64,000 nt of DNA from Sphyrna mokarran. Lineage: Eukaryota. The notes beneath the pieces are model-generated. The model made no database searches. It was given only the letters and a program-made list of their open reading frames with translations, and had not been told where the DNA came from. A program made the translations under genes and the position numbers. The stretch lies in contig JAGIQG010000017.1 of NCBI GenBank assembly GCA_024679065.1, positions 19,282,001 to 19,346,000 on the forward strand. Direction: 5' to 3'. Below, one piece after another: positions 13,435-26,163 of the stretch; position 1 is the first letter of the stretch, and each line of letters opens with the position of its first letter.

Positions 13435-14610
13435 CACAGACCAGCTAGAGGGGTATTTACAGACATTTTCAACCTCATTGTACACCAATCTGAGGTCCCT
13501 ATCTGCTTCAAGACAACCATGATTCTGGTAACAAAGAAAAGCCAGGCAACATGTCTTAATGACTACTGTCCTGTGGTTGTGACATTCATAATTCTGAAGT
13601 ACTTCAAAAGATTAGTAATGGAACAAATCAAATTCAGCCTGCAAATTGCCTGGATCCACTACAGTTCACTTGCTGCCACAACAGTTACCATTTCCCAGCC
13701 CTACACTCAATCCAGAAACACTAAGACAACCAAGACATTTATAGACTACAATTCAGTTTTCAATGGTATTATTGCTAGAAACACATCTCCAAACTCTGTA
13801 GAGACTAGTTTCTAGACTTCTTAACCCATAGATTACAATCAATGAGAACAGGCAACAAAACCTTCTCCAGGATCAATCTCAACATCGGTGCTCCACGTAG
13901 CTGTGCCATCAGTCCCTTACAATACTGCTTAAACACTTATGACTGTTTGGACAAAATCCTCACCAACTCAATTTTTGAATTTACTGATGACACCACTGTA
14001 ATAGTGTCATCCGAAAACAATGATGAAACAGAGTACATCAATAGGGACGAAGTGGAAATGGTCAAGATCTTCAAGCCCAGTTCACCATGAACCTGTCCTG
14101 CTCCCTTCATGCCAACATTATAGTTAAGAAAGCCAACCACAACTCTATTTTCTCATGAGACCAAGGAAATTTGGCATGTCCGCTACAATTCTCACCAACT
14201 TTTACTAATGCATCATAAAAACCATTCTTTCTGGTTGTGTCACAGCTTGGTATGTCTCCTGTTCTGTGCAAGATTGCAAAAACATACAAAGGGTCATGAG
14301 TAAAGCCCAGTCTATCACACAAATCAGCCTTGCATCCATTAACTCTGTCTACACTTCGCGTTGATTCAGAAAACCAGCCAGCAGAATCAAGGACCCCCAC
14401 GCACCTCAGACGTACTCTCTTCCACCGTGAAAAAGATACAAATGTCTAGGGACCAACAGACTCAAGAACAGCATCTCCATCAGAACTTTGGATGGATCTA
14501 CCTCGTAATAGTTGATCTTTCTCTACAGCTTTGCCTATTACTCTTCTCTCCTTTCCATCTCTATTTATGGTATGTTTTATCTACATAGCACTCAAGAAAC
14601 AATATTTTTC
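13435..14610 (+). mobile_element. Rex1/Babar LINE RT to 3' end, decayed
   Basis: ORF 13357..13815 VFTDIFNLIVHQSEVPICFKTT...CLNDYCPVVVTFIILKYFKRLV and ORF 13842..14090 GAPRSCAISPLQY...FEFTDDTTV. Confidence 0.88.
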
Positions 14611-14949
14611 ACTAGCTTCAAGTTCTCTTCCTGTGCTGCTCCACAGGATTCAGTGCTCTTCACCAGTACTGCTCCAGATGATATTATCGCTCTCATCCCA
14701 AGATGATCTATATTGGGTTCACCATCTGCGCGTATGGCTCAGCTGGTTTCACTGCCCTTTGCCCATTCTGGTCCACACTTCTTCCTCTGCACTGCTCCAT
14801 ATTGGGTTCATCATTGTCTTCTCAAATTGCTCCACACTGGTTTCATCATTCTTCTCCCATGCTGCTTGCACTGAGTTCATTGCACTCCTACTTCTTCAAA
14901 CTGAGCTCTTCATTCATGTTTTACATCAATTTCTATTGAGTTTGCAGCT

Positions 14950-15530
14950 CTTTTTGCTGCTTATGGATATTTAGTGTAAGGCCCATGCTCTTGTGTGTCT
15001 TGGTGAAGGTGTTTACCATGATTTGAAGCTTGACCTTCAATTGTGCACAAACATAATCATTGTTTCCTTTATGCAGTTCCATCCTGACACTCACTTGCTA
15101 TGTTGAAGATCCAATATAGATTTTGCTTTGGGAATCTCCTGTCAGACATGTGGCCAGCCCAGCAGACCTGACTGTGCATTATCAATGCTTTGATGTTCAA
15201 GTGATTGATCAAATGAGGATGCTTACATTGGTGTGCATATCCTGCCAATGGATTTGCAAGATCTTGCAGATGCACTGGTGATGCTTCTCCAGGTTTCTGC
15301 TATACATGGCCCACATCTCCAAGTCCCACATGAAGAAGGATATCACTGCTGCTCAGTCGACCATGAGCTTTGTGCTGAGTCTGAGGTACTGATCTTCAAA
15401 CACTTCCTCAGGTGACTGAAGGCTGTGATGGCACACTGAAGTCAATGTTCAAGCTTGTTGTTGTCTGCTCTTGTTGACAGTGGGTATAGAAAGGGGTCTA
15501 TATTTTCCAAGGCTTTGTTGTCAATTTTTC
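14950..15530 (-). mobile_element. RTE LINE fragments (rearranged)
   Basis: Minus ORF 15069..15275 SQVCWAGHMSDRRFPKQNLY; paralogous to 6690-7225. Confidence 0.78.
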
Positions 15531-15829
15531 AACACTGGGTTCATTGTCATGATCCACATGGCTCCACACTGAATTCGGCACTGCTGCTGCGTTGATCAAT
15601 GGGTTTCACCAATCTCATCTTACACTGAGCCACATTGGGATTTCCACTCTTCTCGTGTGTTGCTCTACACTGGATTGCTCTCCATCTCTTCGTATGCACT
15701 TCTAAACTGGAATCTCAGCTCTCCTCCTTGGCATCTTTATGCTGGGTTTGCCATCCATGCATACTGCTCAACTGGGTTTACCGCTCTCTGCCTGCACCGC
15801 TCCATGCTACCTTCTTTGCTCTTGTTGCA

Positions 15830-16240
15830 AATACTGCCTTCTCCTGCAATCATCATTTGCTTTATGCAGTTCCACGACAGAGGAAGGGAAAACCTTGGAT
15901 CAGGCCTGCACGAATTGAATGCTAACCAGATTTTTGTTTGTAATTTGATTGAGCTCTATTCACCAGCAGCTTTCTGAAGGTGAGATGGAGCATTGCAAGA
16001 AGTAAGATTGAGAAGGGCATTGGAGTGAATCAGATCAGTAGCGGATCCATTGGTCAGGATAATGGCTTACAAGCCATTGTGGAGCAGGTGAAGAATGATG
16101 AGAAACATTTGGGGCAGCCAAATTGTAGGAGAGTGTTCCATAATCTCTTAGGTTGACAGTGTAAAAGGCTCTTGTGTGATCAAAGATGGTCATGTACAAG
16201 GGCTGATGCTGTTCCCTGCATTTCTCTTATTGTTGCTGCT
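15830..16240 (-). mobile_element. RTE LINE RT fragment
   Basis: Paralogous to 1-530; ends at CCCTGCATTTCTC (EKCRE on the minus strand). Confidence 0.8.
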
Positions 16241-16734
16241 CAGTGTTGTTGCTCTTCCCGCTCTGCTCCATCCTATGTTTACTGCGATACTGCAATACTG
16301 TTCAAACCTCTGCTTGTTATCATGTATCCACATGGCTCCACACTGGGTTCGACACTGCTCCTGCGCTGTTCAATAGTTTCACAACTCTCCTCTTGCACTG
16401 CTCCACATTGGGACAGCCCCTCCACCTCTTTCCACACTCTTCTAAACTGGGATCTCAGCTCTCCTCCTGTGCTGCTCCATACCGTGTTTGCCATCAGTAT
16501 GCACTGCTCAATTGGGTTCACCGCACAGTATCTGGTCTCCCATGATGGTCCATCCTGTGTTCCTCTCTCTCCTCCTCCACAGTTCCAGACTAGATTAATC
16601 ATTCTCCTCCTTTAGCTGCACTATATTTGATTTGCCCTCATTAGGATCTGTCCTTATTCCTTGCTACTACAAACTGGGTTTTCCACTATCTGCTGCACTG
16701 CTCCACGTCGAACCATCCTCCTGTGCTTCTCTAC

Positions 16735-17660
16735 ATGGACCAGCTGGTGGGAATATTTGCAGACATCTTTAATGTCTTTTTAATCAATCTGAGGTCCCTA
16801 TCTACTTCAAGAAGACAACCATCATCCCAGTAGCAAAGAAAAACCGAGCCGCATTTCCTACCAATTATTGTCCTGTGGCTCTGATTCCATCATTATAAAA
16901 GACAGTCATGGCATAAATCAATTCCGGCCTCCCAAATTGCCTGCATCACCTACAATTCACTTACTGTTGCAACAGGTCCGCAACAGACGTCATTCCCCTG
17001 ACCCTACGCTCAATCCTCGAAAACTGAGACAACAAAAGACACGTATGTCAGACTCCTATTTATTGACTACAGCTCAGCTTTCAACATCATTGTTCATAGG
17101 AAACTCATCTCCAAACTCTGTGGCCTGGGGTCCCTTGGCTCCTCCCTCTGCAACAGGATCCTGAATGTCCTAACCCACAAATCACAATCAGTCAAGGTAG
17201 GAACAACACCTCCACCACGGTCATCCTCAATACTGAAGTATAATAGGGGTCATCAACTCCCTACTCTACTCCTTGCACACCTATATGACTGTGTGGCTAA
17301 AATCCTCTCCAACTTGATTTTCAAGTTTGCAGATGACACCATGATAGTCGGTCGGATCTCAAACAATGAAGGGTGGACAAACTGGAAATGGTTGCGAGTG
17401 TCAAGTTTCTAGGCGTCCAGCTCATCAACAACCTATCCTGGCCTCTCATGCCAACACTATAGTTAAGAAAGCTCACCACGCCTCTACTTTCTCTGAAGGC
17501 TAAGGAAATTTGACAAGTCCACTACAATTCTCAACAAACTTCACAAATGCATCATAGAAAACATTCTTTCTGATGTAACACAGCTTGGTATGGTCCCTGC
17601 TCTGTCCAACACTGCAAAAAACCACAAAGGGTTGTGAACGAAGCCCAGTCAGTCAAGCAC
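16735..17660 (+). mobile_element. Rex1/Babar LINE RT fragment
   Basis: [42 protein letters not shown] and VKFLGV. Confidence 0.85.
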
Positions 17661-17999
17661 ACCAAACTATACTCTTGTGCTGCGCTGCTCCATGCTGGGT
17701 TCAGTCTCTCTCAGATTGCTTCACACTGCATTTGTCAACTCTTTCATATTGTTCTATTCTGGGATCACTACTCACCTCCTCATTAAACCACTGTTGTTCA
17801 CTGGGGTCAGGTCTCAGGTCCTGCGTTGCATTATTAAAGCTCGCCATTAAAAGCCCCACTCTGCTCAACAATTGAACGCTCTCCTCTCCCACTACTCTCC
17901 TCATTAGGCTAACCATCCTCATATCTGTTACATACTGGGTTACATACTGGGTTTGCCACCCTCCTTCCATACTTCTCTTCACTTTCTTCAGCACTTAGA

Positions 18000-18740
18000 C
18001 TAAGTACCCAGGACAGGTTACATCTATCACAGGGAAGCAGATGGGGATTGGAGGAGTAGGTGGATTGCTACTTTCCCTGATACCACTCAGCGATGAAGAT
18101 CAAGATGTTCAGCTCTTTCTTGGGATGTTTTTCGTCCACTGCAGGCAATCTTGGGCATGGGATTCCCTGGTGACAGTAGGGATATTCTATGTTTTGATGC
18201 ATTTTCTCTTCCTTCTTGTACTCTGTATCGAAACTGCAAGAACATTTACTTTGGATGTCTCGTGTCAGACATGTGGCAATGTGGTCAGACTAGCAGAGCT
18301 GACTCAGCATGGTCAGTGTGTCGATGCTCAGAATATTGACCTGAGTGAGACCACTGATCTTGTGTGCTTATGCTGCCAATGGATTTTCAGGATCTTGTAG
18401 AGGCAGCACTAGTGGTACTATTCCAGGGTTTTGAGGTGACTGCTGTACAGAGTCCACTTCTCTGAGCCAAACAGAAGGATAATAACACTATAGTACAGTA
18501 GACCGTGAGCTTTGTGTTGGGTCTCAATTCCAGATTTTCAAACATTTCTTCAGGTAATAGAAGGTTTTGCTGGCACATTGAAACCAGTGTTGAAACTCAT
18601 TATTGTTCTCTGCCACTGTGGGCTCCCAAGATGCGGAAAGTGGTCCATATTTTCCAAGGACGTGTTGTCGATTTCGATGATCGGTGTGAGGGGCATATCT
18701 GTGTTAAGATGGCAGGGTTGAAGAGGACCATTGTCTTCAC
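18000..18740 (-). mobile_element. RTE LINE C-terminal fragment
   Basis: Minus ORF 18387..18578 MFENLELRPNTKLTVY (RTE VFEDxDLxxxTKLxVY). Confidence 0.8.
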
Positions 18741-19254
18741 TGCGTTCGCAACATTGTTCTACCGTGGGATCACAGCTCCCTCCCCGTGCTACTCCACACC
18801 TGGTTCATCGCTATCCTCCCACATGGCTCCTACTGGGTTTAGGCTCTCTTCCTCTGCGGATCAATACTGGGTTCACAGTTCTGTTCCTGCGCTGCTCCAT
18901 GGAGTTCATTGCTCTTCTCCGGCACTGCTTTACATAGGTTTCATCAGTGTCCTCGTTGCAACTTTACATAGGTTTCATCGCTCTCATCCTGCACTGCTCT
19001 ATACTGGGTTCGCCATCCACGCTCATGGCTCAGCTGGGTCCACCACTCTCGACCAATATTTGTCCACACTGGGTTTATTATTCTCCTCTTGCTGCTCCAT
19101 GTTGTGTCATCATTGTTCTCTCAAACTACTCCACACTGGTTTTATCATTCTTCTCTCATGCTGCTCACACTGAGTTCATCACACTTCTACTGCACCACTT
19201 CAAACTGGGCTCATCATTCATGTTTTGCATTGATTTCCATTGAGTTTGCAGCTC

Positions 19255-19750
19255 CCTTTGTCACTTATGTATACTTAGTGTAAGGCCCATATTCTCGTAT
19301 GTCTTGGTGAAGGTGTTGACCATAGTTTGGACCTTGTCCTCCAATTGTGCACAAGCGCAATCACTGTTTACTTTTATGCAGTTCCATGACAGATGATGGG
19401 ATAACGTTGGATAAGACCTGCACGTATTGTATGCTGAACACATTCTTGTTTGTATTTTAACTGAGTTCTACTCTGGCTGAAAAAAAGCTTTCTGAGGAGA
19501 TGAATCATTACAAGAAGGCAGATGGAGAATAGCATTGGTGTGTACTGGATCAGTGGCGGATTCATTAGTCAGGTTGAGGGCTTGCATGTCATTGTGGAGC
19601 AGATGGAGAATGGTGACAAACTTTTGGGGCAGCTAAAATGGAGGAGATGCTCTATAATCTCTCAGGTTGACAATGGTAAAGACAGTTGTGAGATCAAAGA
19701 AGGACCTGTTCAAGGGTTGATGCTGTGCCCTGCATTTTTCTTGTAGTTGC
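19255..19750 (-). mobile_element. RTE LINE RT fragment
   Basis: Minus ORFs give QLQEKCRAQHQPLNRSFFDLTTVFTIVN and VQTMVNTFTKTYENMGLTLSIHK. Confidence 0.88.
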
Positions 19751-20874
19751 TCCTCTTGCATTGCTCCATACTGGATTTGATGCAACACTGCTGCATTGCT
19801 CAACACTGGTTCTTCGTCATATATCCACATGGCTCCACACTGGGATCACGCTCTGCTCCTGCGCTGTTCATTGGTTTTATCAATCTTGTCACGTTCTGCT
19901 CCACACTGGAATCACCCCACCACCTCCTCCACACTCTCCTAAACTGGGATCTCCACTCTCCAATGGTGATGCTCCATACTGGGTTTGAGATCTATGTGCA
20001 CTGCTCGACTGGACTCACTACACTCTGCCTACAATGGTCCACACTGGATTCTTCACTCTTCTCCCACGATGATCCGTTCTGTATTTACCTCTTTCTTTCT
20101 CCAATGCTCCAGACTGGATTTATCACTCTCCTCTTGCACTGCCCAATATTTGATCCACCATATTCTTCTCGCATTGCTCCACACTGGTTTCATTGTTCTT
20201 CCCCTGTGCTGCTCGCACTGGGTTCATTGCCCTCCTGCTGCACCACTCGAAACTGGGCTCTTCATTTATGATCTACATCACACTATATCGAGTTTGGAGC
20301 CCTCCTTCTATATTACTTCATACTGGGTTCACCACTCTGCTTATGTAATGCTTCATACTAGATTGCTGATTCCATCCATGCTGCTTCACACTGCTTTCAC
20401 CTTGTTCCATACTTGGTTTGCCAATCTCGCAGCTCAGTATTGGATTCATCGCTCTCTTCTTGTACATGTGGAACTCCTGCTCCACACTGAGTTGACCAAT
20501 GACCTCCCATGCTTTCCATGCTGGTTTCCTCCTTTGTCTGCTGTGCTGCTCCACACTGGATTCAGCACTCCCCTCTACCACTGCTTCACACTGCATCTGC
20601 TGCCATTCTCTCATGCCGTTCTACCCTGGGATCAGCACTCACTCCTTACTAAAACATTATTGTACACTGGGTTCAACTCCGTGCTCTTATGTTGTTTTAT
20701 ACAAAGTTGGCACTAAACATCCACTCTGCTCTAGGCTCAGTTAAATGCTGTCCTCTCCCATTGTGCCTCATTTAGATCACTGTCCTCATCCTGCGCTATT
20801 GTATACTGGATTTGCCACCGTCTGCTGTATTGTTCCACATTGGGCATGCCATTCTTCTCCCATGCTTCTCTACA

Positions 20875-22157
20875 TAGACCAGTTGATGGGAATATTTGCA
20901 GACATCTTAACCTCTCTTTATACCACTCTGAGCTTCCCATCTGCTTCAAGAAGACACCATCATCCTTGTATCAAAGAAAATCTAGACAGTATGTTTTAAT
21001 AACCATAATTTGCTGGCTCTGACATCTATCATTTGGAGATCTTCAAAAGGATAGTCAATGCATAAATCAATTCCGGCCCCCCAAGTTGCCTGGATACGTT
21101 ACAGTTTGCCAAATACTGCAACAGATCCACAGGAAAAGCCATTTCTCTGATCCTGAAAGCAATCCTAGAACACAAATGAGATTCCTATTTATTCACTATA
21201 GTTCAACCTTCAACATCATTTTTCCGACAAGACTCATCTCTAAACTCTGTGGCGTGGGGCTCAACTCCTTCCTCTGTGACTGAATCCTGAATATCCTAAT
21301 GCACAAACCAGAATCAATCAGGATAGACAATAAAACCTCCTCCATGATCATCCTCAGTACTGGTACCCCATCATCCCCTTACTATACTCCTTATACACAT
21401 ATGATTGTGTAGCCAAAATACCTTCCAACTTGGTTTTCAAGTTTGCTGATGACATTACCATAATAGGGTGAATCTCAAACACCGAAACAGAGTACAATAA
21501 TGGGGAGGAAGTGGAAATGGTCATGAGCTTCAAGTTTCAAGGAATCAAGGTCACCAAAAACCTGTCCTGGTCCCTCCATGCTGACGTTATAGTTAGGAAA
21601 GCCAACCATGCCTCTATCAGTAAACTAACAAAATTTGGCAAGCTCACGGTGATTCCAAACAACTTTTACAGATGTGCCATAAAAAGCATTCTTTCTGGTT
21701 GTATCACAGTTTGGTATGGATCCTGCTCTGTACAAGACCACAAAAAAACTACAAAAGTTTGTGAACAAAGCCCAGTCCATTATGCAAATCAGCCTCCCAT
21801 CCATGGACTCTGTCTACACTTCCTGCTGCCTTAGAAAAGCAGCCAGCATAATCACAGACCTCACACACCCCAGACATTCTCTCTTTCAGCTTCTTCTGTT
21901 GGGAAAAAGATACAGAAGTCTGAGAACACATACTAATCGACTTAAAAACAGCTTCTTCCCTGCTGCCATCAGCCTTTTGAATAGACGTACCTTGCATTAA
22001 ATTGACCTTTCGCTACACCTCAGCTATGACTGTAACACTACATTCTGCACCTCTCCTTTCCTTCTCTATTTACACTATGCTTTGTCTGCAGTGTGCAAAA
22101 AACACTTTTCATTGCATAGTAATACATGTGATAATACTAAATCAAATCAAACCAAAC
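20875..22157 (+). mobile_element. Rex1/Babar LINE, most complete copy (RT, C-terminus, 3' UTR, (AAATC)n tail)
   Basis: FKFADD at about 21436, NFYRCAIKSILSGCITVWYGSCS, GKRYRSLRTHTNRLKNSFFPAAI and tail AAATCAAATCAAACCAAAC at about 22139-22157. Confidence 0.9.
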
Positions 22158-22169
22158 AGTTGCTACAAC

Positions 22170-22535
22170 GTTCAAAGTAAGTTCTCAGGTGATGGAGCAG
22201 TTTAATGACAGTCTAAAATCTCTATCACAGGGGTGCATACAGAGATTGGAGGAGTGGGTTGAGTGGGTGGATTGCCACACATTCCTTTCTCTGACAACAC
22301 TTGGCTTCCCCTCCCTCTCGGCAATGATGATCAGGGTGTTTTCAGGGTGTTCAACTCCTTTTCATCCACTTTGACCTTGGGCACAGGATTCCCAGGTGTC
22401 GGTGGCAATGTTGTAAGCTTTGAGGAGATTTTCAGGGTGTTTTTGATGCATTTTCTCTGCCTTCTTGGGGCTCGCTTGCTGTATTGAAGCTCTGAGCACA
22501 GTGTTTGCTTGAAACGTCACTTGTCAGACCCATGG
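22170..22535 (-). mobile_element. RTE LINE 3' coding fragment
   Basis: Paralogous to 2170-2500 and 5175-5570. Confidence 0.75.
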
Positions 22536-23164
22536 TGATGTGCCTCCTGCACTACTCCACACTGGGTTCATCGCTATCCTCCTGCAAGGCTCCATACTGG
22601 GTTCAGGCAGGCTTGCCTTTTGCCCAGAGAAACTGGAATTGCCATTCTCTTCCTGCACTTTCTCCATTTTCTCCACACTGGTTTCATCACTCTTTTCCCA
22701 TGCAGCTCACACTGAGTTCATCACTAATGACACCACTTCACACCAGGCTTCTCATTCATGTGTGCTTTCTATTGAGTATACTCTCAACTCTCCTCCTGTA
22801 CCATTCTATGTTGAGCTCCTTGTTCTGCTCTCTTGCTGCTTTATCCTGGGTTCATTGTTTTCTTCTTTGCTTCTCCATGCTGCCTTCACCTCTCTTGTCT
22901 TGTGCTGCTGCGGACTTGGTTGACCCCACTTCTCCCATACTATTCATTGCTCTTCATCATACAATTTCATACTGGATTGATCACTGTTCTCCCCATTTGT
23001 ACCTTACTGGTTTTGTCACTCTCCTAATGTACCTGGTCCATACTGGGTTCAGAGCTATCCATTTGCACTGCTCCAAACTGGGCTTCACCACCTTCCTCTC
23101 ATAGTTCTGCCCTGGGAATACCATCTCCACCCAAACTATTGCACACCTCCCTCACTGCTTTAAA

Positions 23165-23250
23165 AAGATGAAAGCAAATTGCTGCAAAGGCTGGAATCTG
23201 AAACAGAAGCGTAAAATCTGAGATTTACCAGTATTTTTCTGGTTTTGCTA
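23165..23250. mobile_element. Penelope-like terminal remnant
   Basis: Same motif and same satellite junction (CCTCCCTCACTGCTTTA) as 6405-6560. Confidence 0.5.
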
Positions 23251-23344
23251 TGTGTGGGGTTTGTCATTTCTCCCACCCCCATGCCACACGCTGCTACACA
23301 TTAGGTTCACTGCCCTCCCCCCGCACTGCATCACATTAAGAAAC

Positions 23345-23835
23345 AATATTCACAAACATCAATGTGAATCAGCAATGGGAAACATTTAAAATGGTGTTCA
23401 ACAGAGAGCTGGAGAAATATATTCAGCAAAAGAATAAAGAAAAAATTGAACACAAGTTTTCTATGTTTCTAAGTGAATCTCCATTGATGAATAACAATAT
23501 GAGGAACACTTGGAGATTAGGAAAGAGAAAAATGTCAAATACATAGACTGCAGAGAAGTCCACAATAATAAAGAAGATATGAGGAGAGTGGGAGAGAATT
23601 CAAAAAAAAATTACAAAGGTAAAGAGAAATCATGAGATCAAATTTTGAAGGACTGTAAAATGAAATAATAAATGTTTTACCAGCACATTAATAAGGAAAA
23701 GGAAGGCTGGAATGGGAATACGATCATTGAAGAATAGATAGGACAATATCAAAAGTAAGAACAGAAACATGCCAAAAATATTAAATAAGTATTTTGTTTT
23801 GGTGTTTATTAGGATGCAGACAATACATTTGGGTC
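23345..23835 (+). mobile_element. CR1 LINE ORF2 fragment (EN-RT linker)
   Basis: QQWETFKMVFNR and MPKILNKYFVLVF (CR1 motif A.ILN.YF.SVF). A-rich island within C/T-rich satellite. Confidence 0.75.
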
Positions 23836-23958
23836 CAATGCTCTCCACTTACACTGCTCTACGTTGCCTCCTGTGCTGCTCCATATTGGGCTCACTATAT
23901 ATCTCTCAAATTTCAAGAAACCAGTTTCATCATTCTTCTCCCGAACTGCTCTCACTGA

Positions 23959-24121
23959 TTTCATGTTTCATTTAATTTATTATTGTCACATGGAATTTCG
24001 ATTACAGGGAAAAGTATTGTTTCTTGCGCACTGTACAAACAAAACATATCGTTTATAGAGAAGGGGAGTGCAGAATGTAGTGTTACAGTTATAGCTAAGG
24101 TGTAGAGAAAGATCAACTTAC
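23959..24121 (-). mobile_element. Rex1/Babar 3' UTR/tail, 5'-truncated insertion
   Basis: Reverse complement matches 21997-22150 (TTGATCTTTCTCTACACC...CTGTAACACTACATTCTGCAC...CATGTGACAATAATAAAT). Confidence 0.82.
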
Positions 24122-24719
24122 TTTAAAAATGTTTCTATGCTTTTAGAATCAGAGAACGAGAATAAAGGATAGATTTTGAGAGTATGCTGGGCAGTTTCCT
24201 AGAAGTCACCACACTCCAGCGCCATCTTGGAAAACCTCTATTCCATTGCACCACTTCAAACTGCGCTTGTTCACATCTTGCATTGCGTCATACAGAAATT
24301 GGTGCTCTGCTCCATGGCACCATTCCATACTGGGTTCCCAATTCTGCTCCCACACTACTTTATCACGGATTTGTTATTGCTTCCCGTACTGTTCACCTCC
24401 TGTCCAGCTCCACAGAGGGTTCACTGACCTTCTAACATGTTGTTCTACACTGGGTCAACACAACCTTGACCTCCATTGCTCCACACTGGATTCATCTCTC
24501 ACCCGATGTGCTGCTCTATACTGGGTTTGTTGCTGTCTTGGCACATTCACACTGGGTCCATTGCTCTCTATGGCACTGTTCCACGTAGGTTGATCACTGA
24601 CCCCTGATCTGCTCCATACTAGTTTCTCCGTCTTCCTCATGCTATTCTACCCTGGGATCATGTTCCCCATCCCATACTATTCCACACCCCGTTACCGCAC
24701 ACCTCCCTCACTGCTTTAA

Positions 24720-24871
24720 ACTGAAATAAAAGCAAATTGCTGCACTTGCTGGATTTTGAAAGAAACAAAACAGAAATTGCTGGAAAATCTCAGCATCTAG
24801 ACTCAGAAAGCTAACTCTTTCTTTCTCCATAAATGCTGTCAGACCAACTGAGATTTTCAGCATTTTCTGTT
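24720..24871. mobile_element. Penelope-like fold-back remnant
   Basis: Inverted arms AACAGAAATTGCTGGAAAATCTCAG (24769-24793) and CTGAGATTTTCAGCATTTTCTGTT (24848-24871). Confidence 0.6.
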
Positions 24872-25723
24872 GCTGCTTTACACTGGATTCCCCACCCCAC
24901 GCACTGTTCCACACTGGGTCCCTTGCCCTCTTCCATTGCTGCTCCAGTGTTCACCTCTTTCCTTCTCCTCTGCTCCTTACTGGGTCCACACCTCTCCTCC
25001 ATATTCAATTCACCATACTCTTCGCGCATTACTCCACACTGGTTTCATCGCTCTTCTTTTGTGTCGCTTGCAAAGGGCTTATTGTTCCATCTACTGCACC
25101 ACTTATGTGGGCTTATCATTCATGTCTTGGGTTGCACTACTCCCACGCTAACCCACACTGGGTTCAGCACTCAACTCCTGTGCTGCTCCACAAAGATATT
25201 CTCACTCTCATTGTGTGCTGTTCCACACTGGATTTGCTGTTCTCGTGCGGTGCTACTCCTCACTGGGTTTACCATCCCTGTGCACTGCTTTACTGAGTTC
25301 ACCGCTCTCTGTGCTGCTCCACGGTGTTTTCACTTCTTTCCGCCCATGCTACTGCTTATTGGTTTTGCTGAACTCCTCTTAAATTGCTCCACATTGGTTT
25401 CATCACTCTATTACTGCACCACTCCTAATTAGGCTTGTGATTCATGACATGCATTGCATTATATTGAGTTCACAGCTCTCCTCCTGTGCCACTCCATACT
25501 GGGTAGCCCATTCTGCTCCCATACTGTTTTGTACTGGGTTTGCCATTTCCTCTGATACTGTTCCACATTAGGTGTGCTGTCCTCCTCCTGTGCTGTTTCA
25601 TCCTGGGTTCCTTGGTCTGCTCTTGCATTTCTTTATTCTGCTGCCATACCTTGAGTTCAATGCTATCTTTCCCGATGGCTCCACACTAGGTTCGGTGCTC
25701 TCCTTCTGCGTTGGTAAGCATTG

Positions 25724-26163
25724 AACATAGAACATAGAACAATACAGCACAAACAGGCCCTTCGGCCCACGAGTTGCGCCGATCACATCTACCAATCCAC
25801 AGACCTATCTATAACCCCCTATCCTATTCTTTTCCATATACTCATCCAGAAGTCTTTTAAAAGACCCCAGTGAGTTTGCCTCAACAACCTCCGACGGCAG
25901 TCGGTTCCATTCACTCACCACCCTCTGAGTGAAAAACCTACCCCTGACATCTCCTTTGTATTTGCTTCCCTACACCTTAAATCTGTGTCCTCTCGTAGTG
26001 ACCATTTCAGCTCGGGGAAATAGTCTCTGAAAGTCCACCCTATCTATTCCTCTCAACATTTTGTAAACCTCTATCAGGTCGCCTCTCCACCTACGTCTCT
26101 CCAGTGAGAAAAGTCCCAGCTCCCTCAACCTATCTTCGTAAGGCCTGCCTCCCAATCCAGGCA
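25724..26163 (-). mobile_element. CR1 (HER1-like) LINE, 5'-truncated, relatively young
   Basis: Minus ORF 25970..26164 PGLGGRPYEDRLRELGLFSLERRRWRGDLIEVYKMLRGIDRV...TRGHRFK is the CR1 ORF2 C-terminus. (TTCTATG)n tail; GCATTG on both flanks. Confidence 0.93.
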
